From Dictyostelium discoideum (lineage: Eukaryota): a DNA stretch of 64,000 bases. The notes under the pieces were generated by a model. The model was not told the origin of the DNA and searched no databases. It saw only the letters and a list, made by a program, of their open reading frames with translations. Both the position numbers and the translations under genes were made by a program. This document shows, piece by piece, positions 26,713 to 39,800 of the stretch (its first letter is position 1; every line of letters starts with the position of its first letter). The stretch is from the NCBI GenBank assembly GCA_000004695.1, contig CM000151.3, positions 1,984,001-2,048,000 of the forward strand, written 5' to 3'.

Positions 26713-28223
26713 GAATTGGTGAAGAAGGCGAAGGTGGTGAAGAATAAGGTTGAATTGCAGAATCATTTGATTGTTCTAATGAGAATGAAAAGAAATATAA
26801 TTCAGCCATAATTAATAATGAATAACCTAAACTAAGGGAACCAATGAATAACCATTCACCAGTTGAAAAATTTAAAAAGTATTGAATAACTAAAAATATG
26901 AAACCAGTTAAGAATTGTTTAACAGTTTTCTCAACTAAAAGTTTTGATTTTTGATCGATATCTAAATTCTCTTTATTGTTGATTAATGCTAAATTTGCCT
27001 TATAAATTACCATATGAAATAAGAAATGAATGATATAATTCGATAGGAATTGATAGATTCTTGATGGTATGAAATAGTAAACACCAGTTGCCGAAAGAAT
27101 CAATGGTAATGCTATTTTAAAAGGTGAAGATTGGAATAGAATTAACTTTACAATTGAGAAAGCTGGTGGAATTAACCATTCGATTCTTCTACCTGATAGG
27201 AAATCTAAAAACCAAATTGGACCCCAAAATATTAAATAGATGCTAATATCCAATTCGGAATTATTTAATGATGTGAAAATTAATGCCAAAATCGATGAAT
27301 AAAATGATGGACCTGTTTCTGGTTTCTTGAATACATAAATTCCTAATAACAACAATATGATACTACCAAAGATCATAATATTCAAACTTAATAATCTCCA
27401 AAACATTGGATAACCACTACTTATATCGATCTCTCTCAATGAGTCATAAAACATTACAAAAAACCATAAAGTAACTGTGATTGATGAATTCTTTTTCCTA
27501 ATATTTGGCCATAAGAATACAATACCATAAATTATGAAATTGGTTATGAATGGTAATGCTTTAGTTGGTAATATAAAATATAATAATAAATTTGCACCTC
27601 CAACATACACAAAAAATAATAATTCTAATTGTGATCTAGATAAAAATAAAAAATATAATATAAATAATGATACAAATATCCTTTAAAATAAAAATTATTA
27701 TTAGTATATTGATTGATTGATTAATTGATTGATAGATTGATTGATTAATTGATTGATTGATTGATTTATTGATACAATACCATTCTATATAAATTGTAAA
27801 AAAGTGATCAATTATTAAGGATATAACACAAAATGAAATTGATATTAACCATTCTGAGCCTTTACTATCAACATTATTACCAAGTTGATTAAACATTAAA
27901 CCATCATAACCAAATGAATCATAGAATAATTTAGTATCGGGATTCGATAAGATTTGATAGGCTTTATTAATCTCTTGAAATTTATCGACACCATGCGGAT
28001 TCTTGTCAGGATGATATTTTAATGCTAATACTTTATAGGCTTGTTTAATCTCTGATGCATTATCTGTTTTTTCAATTCCTAATATTTCATATGGTGATTT
28101 TAATTCTCCTTCTTTATTATAACTACTATTACTATTGCTATTACTATTGCTATTGGTACCACTGCTATTATTATTATTATTATTATTATCGCTATCACTA
28201 CTAATATTATTACTATTTGACAT
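26405..28223 (-). CDS. J-domain (DnaJ) protein fused to a multi-pass transmembrane region and a C-terminal zf-MYND finger; complement(join(26405..27680,27781..28223)), about 572 aa
   Basis: J domain YEILGIEKTDNASEIKQAYKVLALKYHPDKNP in exon 1. Exon 1 ends ...GSEW with TG|GTATTG (phase 2). The 100-nt intron carries a (TCAA)n microsatellite and ends TTTTAAAG|G. Exon 2 is hydrophobic (IFVSLFILYFLFL...VYVGGANLLLYFILPTK...), then poly-Q/Ser, then CQTCFKKNVPLKKCSKCKKVYYCSKECQIKNYKFHLQIC (MYND). Confidence 0.65.
26631..26714 (+). repeat. (TTG)n microsatellite (about 25 units), encoding poly-Gln on the minus strand within the J/MYND gene
   Basis: Seen directly in the sequence. Overlapping ORFs 26557..26766(-) and 26560..26811(+) are translation artefacts of this repeat. 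Confidence 0.9.
27709..27772 (+). repeat. (TTGA)n tetranucleotide microsatellite inside the intron of the J/MYND gene
   Basis: gattgattgattaattgattgatagattgattgatt... Confidence 0.85.
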
Positions 28224-28542
28224 ATTATTCTATTCTAGCATATAAAATAAGAATAAATGATATTTATTTGTTTATTTGTTTATTTCTTTTTTTTTTTTAT
28301 TTGTTGGTTTAAAATTTTTTTTTTTTTTATTTAATTTTTTTTTTCCAAAGCTTTTTAAGGTTTCGAATTTTCAAATAAAAAAAAAAAATATAAAAAATAA
28401 ATAAAAAAAAAAAAAAAATTTTGGAAAAAAAAAAAAAAATAAAAAAAAAAAAAATAAAAAATAAAAAAAAAAATTAAATTAAAGTTATCAGATTGTGATG
28501 GGATTGTGTTATTTTATATGATTAATTAAATAAATAAATAAA
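28224..28542. promoter_or_regulatory. Divergent intergenic region between the J/MYND gene (minus) and vps54 (plus), presumably a bidirectional promoter
   Basis: 319 bp of A/T homopolymer-rich sequence between two divergent start codons. No motif was verified. Confidence 0.3.
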
Positions 28543-31500
28543 ATGTCTTTAAATAATTACAACAACAACAACAACAACAACCGCAACAATAACAACAACA
28601 ACAATAATAGTAATAATAATAATAATAGTTTTACGAATGATAACTATGCAATTGATACAGAATGGGAAAATAATAAAAATAATAATAATGTAACATCACC
28701 AATATCATCAAATCATAGTTCACCATCTTCGTCATCATTATCAAGATCATCATCTATGTTATTTGGAGAGAACAATGGCACATCACCATTTATATTTGCT
28801 CAATCATTAACATCGGTTTGTTTAGATCCAATGTCACCATTACCAAATGAATGGTCACCCTCAGATTTACAATTACCACAATCATCATCCTCTTCATCCT
28901 CTTCAGCGACAACAGCGACAACAACAAATGGGAATAATGTTATAACATCACCAACATTACAATTTAATAATAGTAGTAATATTAATATTCAATCATTTAA
29001 TAGCTATATTCAAAAGATTAAGCCATATTATAAGATATTCTTAGAGAATAAACAAAAGGATTTAATACCAACAAACAAAAAAACTAAAGAAGAAATCATC
29101 AGTTTAGAGAATATACCAGCATTCTTTTTTAAAAAGGATATGACAGTTAATGAAATTTTAAACTATGCAAATAATGATCCATCACCAATCATATTTCAAA
29201 AGTTGGAACATTATTACACTATAATCGAGGAGAATATAGTTGGTCATGTTCGTGATAAATCTTTATTATTCTTTTCTGCAATGTCTGATTTAAAACAATT
29301 TAGATCTCAATTAATTAATTTATCGAATCATATTAAAAATTCAGAGTAATATATAATTTATAATTTATAATTTATTTTTTAAGTTTTATATATATATTAA
29401 TTTTTTTTAAAAAAAAAAGAGAAACATTAGGTGAAATTGATGATAATATTATACATGGATTAAATATATCAAAATTATTTCTTCAAAAGAATAGAATAAA
29501 GGATACATTAGAAACATTATCATTGGTATCAGAGGTTACACAAGCACAACCCGCATTACAACTTTTACTATCTAAAGGTGATTATATGGGTGCATTGGAA
29601 TTAATCAATAGAACTCAATCAGCTATCTCTTTAGAATTACATTACATTTCATCATTAAAGAATTTATCACCACAATTATTGGAAATGATTAATTTAATCG
29701 AGAAAATGTCATTACAAGATTTTATTAAATATTCATTAAATGATGAAATCCTATTAAGTTCTTCACCAAATAGTAATAATAATTCACCAATTTTTAATAA
29801 ACTTTCTTTAAAAAATAGAAATAGAAATAAAATTAATAGTAGTAATAATGAAGAAAAAGAAGATAATGAAGATTACTATGATGAAGAAGACGATGATGAT
29901 GATGATGATGATGAAAATATAAACTATGAATCATTAAATGAAAATTTAAATAATTATTTATCACCATTAATAATTGTATTATTAAAAGTTGGTAGAATTC
30001 AAGAAGCATTAGAAGAATTTAGAGATGCATCAAATGAATCATTTAAACAACTTTTTAAGAATACTGTTGCAAATATAACCTATCAATTATTGGATAGTGG
30101 TGGTAGTAGTCATCATAAAACACCCACAAACTCATTCAACTCTCAAAATTTCAATTGGAATGATTGTAAATTAAAACTTTTAAAATTATCTTCTAATGAT
30201 TCATTACCATTATTTAAAGCTGTTGAAAAAGCATTTCGTAGGAAATTCATTGTATTTTCAAAAGTTTTAGAATTAATTATAGATATTGTAAATAATAATA
30301 ATGGAATTAATAATAATGGAATTAATAATAATAATAATAAGAATGGTGATAAATCACCAAATATATTTGGTGAAACAGTTATTAATACTTGTAGTACAGT
30401 TGCATATTCAATAATTGAAACTATGCAAGAAAGAATATCATCATTAATGAAAGTTAGGGGTGAAATTAATGCAAAATTGGCATTACCAGATTTTGTATTA
30501 CTCTATAATCAAATTGAATCATTTTTAAAGTTTACTGAATCTTATTCACTTTCAAAAAGAAAAACACCAATCTTAAGATCATCAATATTGGCTCAATTAA
30601 AAATGTTTTTAGATATTCTTCATCAAAATAGATTATCATCATTAAAATTATTATTAGAAAATGAAGATTGGGTACAAGTTAAAGTAGTTTCTGAATTTCA
30701 AAATATTGTAAATAGTATAGTTCAACAATCAACTGATTATAATAATAAAGATAATAATAAAGATAATAATAATAATAATAATAATAATGAAAATAATAAT
30801 ATATCAGATGAAATTTATATAAATAGTGAACCATTTAAAGTTGTAAATACATCATTAATGTTATTGAAATTTATAAATGACTATTTATGTTGTTGTGAAA
30901 AGTTACCAACGATTATTATAGATTCACTTCCAAAGATTATAGAGATTTTAAATACATTTAATAGTATGACTCATCAATTGGTATTGATGGCAGGTGCTAG
31001 ACAAACTATGAAATTGAAAACTATCACTTCCAAACATTTAGGTTATGCATCACAATCATTAAGTTTTCAAATAAAGTTAATACCATATATAAAGGTGATA
31101 GTATCAAGATCATTAACAGTGAAACAGTTATCATTATTGAATGGATTGGATAAGTTGCTACAAGATTTCGTTTCACATAGACAAGAGATTTTCAATAAAT
31201 TTGTGGTTATCATTAAAGAAAGATCAAGTTATCATCTTAAAGTTTTAGGTTCAATAGATTTAAGAGATGATACTTTACCAATTCCAACACCACCAATAGC
31301 ATCACTCTCAAAAGATATTACAACACTTCATAAATTATTAGCTTCAATTTTACCACCTGATCAATTATTTAAAGTATTTACAAATATTTACTTTATGTTT
31401 AATAGTTTATTCATTGAAAATCTTTCAAAGTTTGATATGTCTCATAAATTATCAAAAAGAAGAATACATAATGATGTTTTACATTTATTAAATTCAATTC

Positions 31501-31571
31501 GTAATTTGCCAAATGCTGGTGATCCTGGTAATGATATTGAAGATTATTTAAATCAACATTTTCCAATGTAA
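28543..31571 (+). CDS. vps54: VPS54 (GARP complex subunit); join(28543..29345,29420..31571), about 984 aa
   Basis: Exon 1 ends ...NSE with GA|GTAATA (phase 2). The 74-nt intron ends AAAAAAAAG|A. The N-terminal region ...LEHYYTIIEENIVGHVRDKSLLFFSAMSDLKQFRSQL matches the human VPS54 motif LSHYLDIVEVNIAHQISLRSEAFFHAMTSQHELQDYL. The C-terminal Vps54 domain is ...LVLMAGARQTMKLKTITSKHLGYASQSLSFQ.... Confidence 0.8.
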
Positions 31572-31698
31572 TTAAAAATAAAAAATAAATAAAAAATAAA
31601 AAAATAAAATAAAATAAAATTAAAATTAAAAAATTAAATTGTATATTTGTAACATATATATATTTATTTAAAAAAAAAAAAAATAATAAAAAAATTTT

Positions 31699-33900
<2,202 letters not shown>

Positions 33901-34382
33901 TTGTCGTTGGAAGAAAACAATTAAAAAAAAAAAAAAGAAAAAAAAAAAAGGAAAAAAAAAAAGAAAAAAAAAAAATTCTAAAAAAAAAATCATAAAAAAA
34001 AAAAAATCATAAAAAAAAAAATGTATTTTTTTCTATTAAAAAAAGTTTCGACATTAAGTTTACATTTTAATAATCGATTATTAAGATTTTTTTTTTTTAT
34101 TTTATTTTTTTTTAAAAAATGGATTTTTGAACCAACTTACACCAAGTTATTTTTATTTTTATTCAAAGAAAATGTATAAAGTTTTTTTTTTTTTTTTTTT
34201 TATTTTTTTTTAAATTAAAAACTTAATTTAACCAATCAATTGATATTTTTTTTCTTTTTAGATACTTTTTTTTTTAAAAATTTCAAGCTTTTCTTTTTTT
34301 TTTTTTATTTATTTTTCCTTTTTTTTTTATAACAATGATTTAATTTTAATTTTATTTATTTTTAATATGAATATAGTGTATA

Positions 34383-34552
34383 AAATAGAGCACCCAAAAA
34401 TACAAAACGATGTGAAATATAAAAAAAATGAGTGTAACCATTCTGTTTTTTGAAATTTTTTTTTTTTCTAAAATTTAAATCTATTTTTTATTAATTATGG
34501 ATACAATCATTTTTTTTTATTTTATTTTATATTATTTTTGAGTGCTCTATTT
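34383..34552. repeat. 20-nt imperfect inverted repeat (AAATAGAGCAC[C/T]CAAAAATA) with arms at 34383..34402 and 34533..34552, separated by about 130 nt of AT-rich spacer
   Basis: Arm 2 (tatttttgagtgctctattt) is the reverse complement of arm 1 with one mismatch. It lies in the intergenic space between the FNIP gene 5' end and the rps4 3' end. Confidence 0.5.
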
Positions 34553-35069
34553 TTGTATACTGAATTCAACGATTTAATTTCAATGAAATGGTTGCCAAAA
34601 AAAAAAAATTCAAATTAGATTAATTAATTGATTAATAATATTCTGGATAATTAAGGAGATTGAATTGTTTTGAGTTTGTTGGGATTTAATTTATTAAAAA
34701 CTCTTTATCCAATCAATTTTTTAATTGGGGCGAGCAACATAATCCATTGGTTAAATAGTTTATTAATCATTGAAGGTTCTTTTTTTTTTATTTGAATATA
34801 CTGATAATTTAGAACAAGTATTTGAAACTATCTATATCTTTATTAAAAAAAAATATTAAAAAAAAAAAATAGGTAATATCTACTTGGTCGTCCATTAACT
34901 CGTTCCTTTGAATTTAATTTAATGATCAATTTCTTTATTAATTTCAAATCCTAATTCTATTATTTTAAGTTTTGAGACTAATTTTTTTAAAACTGTCATA
35001 ACAAAAACAAAGAAAATAAAAATAAAAAATCTTTAAACTTTTTTTTAGTAAAATAAACTAATTATTTAT

Positions 35070-36303
35070 TTAAGCAACGGTTTCGATTTTTTCACCACGT
35101 CTCTTGAGGGCAGCGTTACGTTCATCAACTCTTGAACGTCTGACACCTTTACCGGCTGGGAGGGAGACGAAAGTTTGGGAGGCTTTACCAATGATGAAGA
35201 CGTTAGATAAACGAGTGGCGAATTGATGACCAGCAGTATCGGTAACGTGAACGATATCGAAGGAACCTGGATGTTTTTCACGGTGAGTGACGGCACCAAC
35301 ACGACCTAAATTGTGACCACCAACGATCATACATAAGTTGTTGACTTCGAATGGGATGAAAGCAGTGATTTTACCTGATTCAATATCGATTTTAATGGTA
35401 TCGTGGATTGAGATGGCTGGATCTGGGTAACGGATGGTACGACCGTCATCAGTGTGGACGTATGGGATACCTTGGTTACCAGTTTCAACACGGGTGACAC
35501 GGGCTAATTTGAATTTAGCTTCTTCTGGGGTGATTCTTTGTAATGTGAATCTACCTTTTGGATCAAAGAGTAAACGGAAATTTTCCTTGGTCTTTTCAAT
35601 TGAGATGACATCCATGAAACCAGCTGGGTAGTTTGGATCGGTACGGACTTTACCATCAACTTTGACGAGTCTTTGCATTAAGATTAAGGTGACTTCCTTT
35701 TTGGTTAAGGCATACTTTAATCTGTTTCTTAAGACGAGGATTAATGGGAGACATTCTCTTAATTTGTGTGGACCACTTGATGGTCTTGGTGCCCATTTAC
35801 CAGATAATTTATCTAACATCCAGTGATTTGGAGCTGCTAATCTTTTTAAATGTTTCTTTGGACCACGAGCCTATATAAAAAAAAAGAAGAAAAAGGAGAG
35901 GAAAAAAGAGTCGAAATAATTTAGTTTATATTATTAAATATAATTACGTGATTTGATTAATTTTGATGAAATTTGATCAAACACACAAATTATTAGGACA
36001 TGAATAAAAAATGAAAAAAAAGTTAGAGAACTAAATCTTTTTTGATTTTTTTATTTTGGAATTACCGACTCTTTAAGTATCTAACCACATCTTACAATAA
36101 TCAAAACAATCTCTTATCCGGATTAGGGATTGATATTGGATTGATTTGAGAAGGAGCAGTGTACAATAATGAGAGAACCAAATTGATAACAGATTATGCT
36201 AGTATTAAATGATTTCGTAAATGGGTGAACCAATTCAGATTGACCATATAAACTGATAATTTTAAACTGTTATACTATTATAGATTCATAAATCCCATAC
36301 CAT
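35070..36303 (-). CDS. rps4: 40S ribosomal protein S4; complement(join(35070..35870,36301..36303)), 267 aa; first exon is the ATG codon only
   Basis: Exon 2 begins immediately after TTTTATATAG| with [22 protein letters not shown]..., i.e. residue 2 onward of RPS4, and is collinear with human RPS4X to ...GEKIETVA*. The only ATG|GTA candidate upstream is ATG|GTATGG at 36303..36295, which gives a 430-nt first intron. Confidence 0.75.
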
Positions 36304-36829
36304 CTTTGTATATGTTTTTTTGAGGAATCGACAAAAAGGATGAATGAAAAGTTGAAAATAATTTTTAAATACCCTCGCGTAAAAAAAATTTTGAAAAAAA
36401 AAAAATTGAAAAAAAAAAATTAAAAAAAAAAAAAATTTCCGAAATAATTGATATCGTTACTGTCAAAATTTTTCAACCTTTTTTCTGTTTCATGTGTTTT
36501 TTGAATTTAATTAATATCCATACTTTATTTTTTTAACAAAAAAAAAAAAAATAATAAAAAAATAATAAAAAAATAATAAAAAAATAAAAATAGTAAATTA
36601 TTTTATTATTTTTAATATATAAAAAAAAAAAAAACCCTTTTTAAATACCAAAAAAGAAATAAAAAAAAAAAAAAAAAAAAAAAAAATTCAAAAAAAAAAA
36701 AAAAAAAAAAATTAAATTTCATATTTTTTTTTTTTATCCTATAAAACAAAGCCTGACTCAAAAAAAAAAAAAAAAAAAAATATTTGTTTAGATCTCATTA
36801 AATAAATCTTAAATGATACATTTTAAAAT
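36304..36829. promoter_or_regulatory. Divergent intergenic region between rps4 (minus) and the IRE1-like gene (plus)
   Basis: About 526 bp with A-rich runs. No motif was verified. Confidence 0.3.
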
Positions 36830-39503
36830 ATGACAAAACCAATATTTAAAAGTAAAACCAAACCATTAGGGTGGTCTAAAATATCAAGTAAGGAAGTTAT
36901 TAATGAAGATGAAGAAGAAGAGGAAGGAGGAGAAGAAGGAGGAGAAGAAGAAGAAATAGATAATAATAAAAACAGTAATAATAGTAGTAGTAATAGTAAT
37001 AATAATAATAATGATAACAATAATAACAATGGTGAAGAAAGGAAGGTAGAAAAAGAAGAAGAGAAAGAAGAAATTAATCATTATAGAAATCAATTTGAAA
37101 AAGATTTATTAGATATGGAATTAAAAGCATTAAATAGAGAAACAATTGATAATATTTTAAGTGGTTTAAATTCCTATGAAATTTTTAAAGAAGTTAATTT
37201 CGATTTTGAAAAGTTATATTCAATAATTATTAGTGAACCTCCACCATTATTTGATACTTTCTTTGATTCAGTATCTTCATTTGAAATCTTCTTTACAGAT
37301 TGTTTAATTCTATTATGTAGTAATTTCCCAGACGGTATTGATACATCAATTACACGTCCAAATTTTAATGATTTTTATAATCATTTTAAAGATAGGTTAG
37401 TAGTATAGTAATAATAATAATAATAATAACTATTATTATTTTTCACTGATTATAATATTTATAAAATAAAATTACTAATATATTTCTTTTTTTTTTTTTA
37501 AAAAAAAAAGAGGAGTTATAAATAAATATATTTCAAGAGAAAATATTCACAAAGCATTAAATGATAAGTTAATGACAGATTATTTTAATTCAGGTATATA
37601 TTTAGGATTGTTGGATACTTTAGATATAGCAGCCATTAGATTTATAACGATATTTGGAAAGTTTTTATCATATGAGGTTGTAGAGACAATCAGTAATTCA
37701 TTATTTAGATATAGAACAGACAAAATTGAATTTCTATCAGATATTATTAGAGAATTATTATTATGTAATGAAAAATATAGAACATTATCAAAAAGTTACG
37801 ATTTAGTTCAAAAGAGATTACAAAAAGAAGAATTTACATTTATTAAAGTGTTTGAAGATGATGATCCAAAATTATTCTCAGCATTATATCAACCCCCTGA
37901 TATAATCAAGTTAATTACAGAACCAGAAAAAGATTCAGGGTTTTGGTGTATGATTGGAATATTTAAATCAAAGAGGATTTTAGATTATCTTATAAGAACT
38001 GAACCAAGTAAGAGTTGGTTCAAAGGTAAAGAATCTGATTACTTTTTTTCAATAGCGGAAATGGGTGGAAAATATTTCAATTGGACATTATTGGAACCAA
38101 AATTAATTAAAAAGGAAGTTAATCAGAAATCATTAAAAGGTGTAATACCACCAAGGGAATTGAATAGTCAACAACGTAATACTCAATTCTTTCGAGTTTT
38201 CAATGGAGTTACAGGGTTCAATGATATACGGTTTGTTTATGCCAATCCATCATTAGCTCAACATGCAATAAAATTTATTCAAAAGGTGACTGAATGTGGT
38301 CTATTTTTAAATACTGATGTAAGAAATGTTAGAGATTCCATACCAAATTCCAATAGTTTTCTATTTAGAAAATTCTTAGAGGTTAATTTTTTCTATAGAT
38401 ACGAAAAAGACAATGAGGTATATCAACATCAACCAACTGAAGAAAACTCACTCTTATACTCAACATCAATCATTTCAAGAATTGTGGAAATGGAAGTAAC
38501 TGATCTTTTATCAGTGGTTCTTAAAAATTTAACTCAACAAGGTTGTTCATTAGCACGTGAAGCCGTTGATGAGAGATCTTTGTTAAGTACAATTCATTCG
38601 GATAAATACTATAATAGTTCAATTGTGGTATTACATAATTATTGGCCAATTCCACCAAAGTTTTGTGATTGTTCAACATCATTTATTTCAATGGCCAATG
38701 GTAAATTGCCTAGAACCTATTCTGGTAGCGATGGTGTTATACCTTATATATTTTTCGCTAGAAATCATTTAACACTTGGATTCTTACTATCAATTCATAA
38801 TAATATCACCGATACCATTGATATTAATCATTGGATTTCCGTTGCGATATCTGGTGGACTTTATTATGACAAAGAGGAAATCTTTAGGAAATATCCATTA
38901 CTTCAAAAAGAATCTACACTTCAAAAATATCCAAGACCAGTTAATATTTTAGAATTTCAAACTTTATTAGAAAATAATGAGTGTATCGAATATATCGCCA
39001 GAACTTTCATTAAAGAAATTCCACCTCATGAAGTACCAACTGTTAAACATTCAGATTTACTCATACTCTTTGAAATTTCAGTTATGAAAAAAAGATCAAT
39101 TAGATCAAAAGAATCACTTCAAGCTGAATTAGATTTAATTGAAGAAGAAAAAAGAGAAAAGAAAAAACAAAAAGATAAAAAGAAAAATAAATCAAATCAA
39201 AATCAAAAAAATAATAATAATCAAAATAATCAAAGTAATAATAATAAAATAAATTCACCATCATCAAATAAACTCACTCAAAATGTTACTCCACCATCTT
39301 CACCTGTAAATATAATAACTTCATCATCAACTACATCATCAAGTACATCATCAACAACATCATCAACAACATCATCAACTATAGAACCAAAACCGCCAAC
39401 ACAAACATTACCAATAAAAACATCATCACCAACCAAACCAGAATCACAAAAACCATCAACTCCTGATCCATTAATCCCCAAATCTTCAAAATCAACTACA
39501 AAA

Positions 39504-39581
<78 letters not shown>

Positions 39582-39708
39582 GAAAATAGAGAAATGGCTT
39601 TAGAGGTTATAAATGAAATGGAAAAAATTGAAATTGAGGAATCATTATTATCAACATCTTCTTTGGTACAACCACAACAACAATCACAACAATCACAACA
39701 ACAACAAG

Positions 39709-39800
<92 letters not shown>

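Noticed and set aside
26557-26811. Overlapping ORFs encoding poly-Asn (minus) and poly-Val (plus)
   Set aside because: Both are frame artefacts of the (TTG)n tract. The true frame is minus-strand poly-Gln inside the J/MYND gene.
33901-33993. N-terminal extension MIFFLEFFFFLFFFPFFFF... of ORF 33697..33993
   Set aside because: It is poly-Phe translation of an A-run upstream of the real ATG (MDNIIYSY...) at 33900 and begins at a non-ATG codon.
34392-34470. DUSE-like ACCCAAAA motif as a marker of a Class I / snRNA-type ncRNA gene
   Set aside because: It has one mismatch to the [A/T]CCCA[C/T]AA element and is followed at +60 by pure A/T sequence with no stem-forming or conserved-box features. 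It is kept only as part of the inverted-repeat finding.
35066-35631. ORFs 35066..35302(-) and 35434..35631(+) overlapping rps4
   Set aside because: They are out of frame or antisense to a highly conserved RPS4 coding sequence, and have no independent support.
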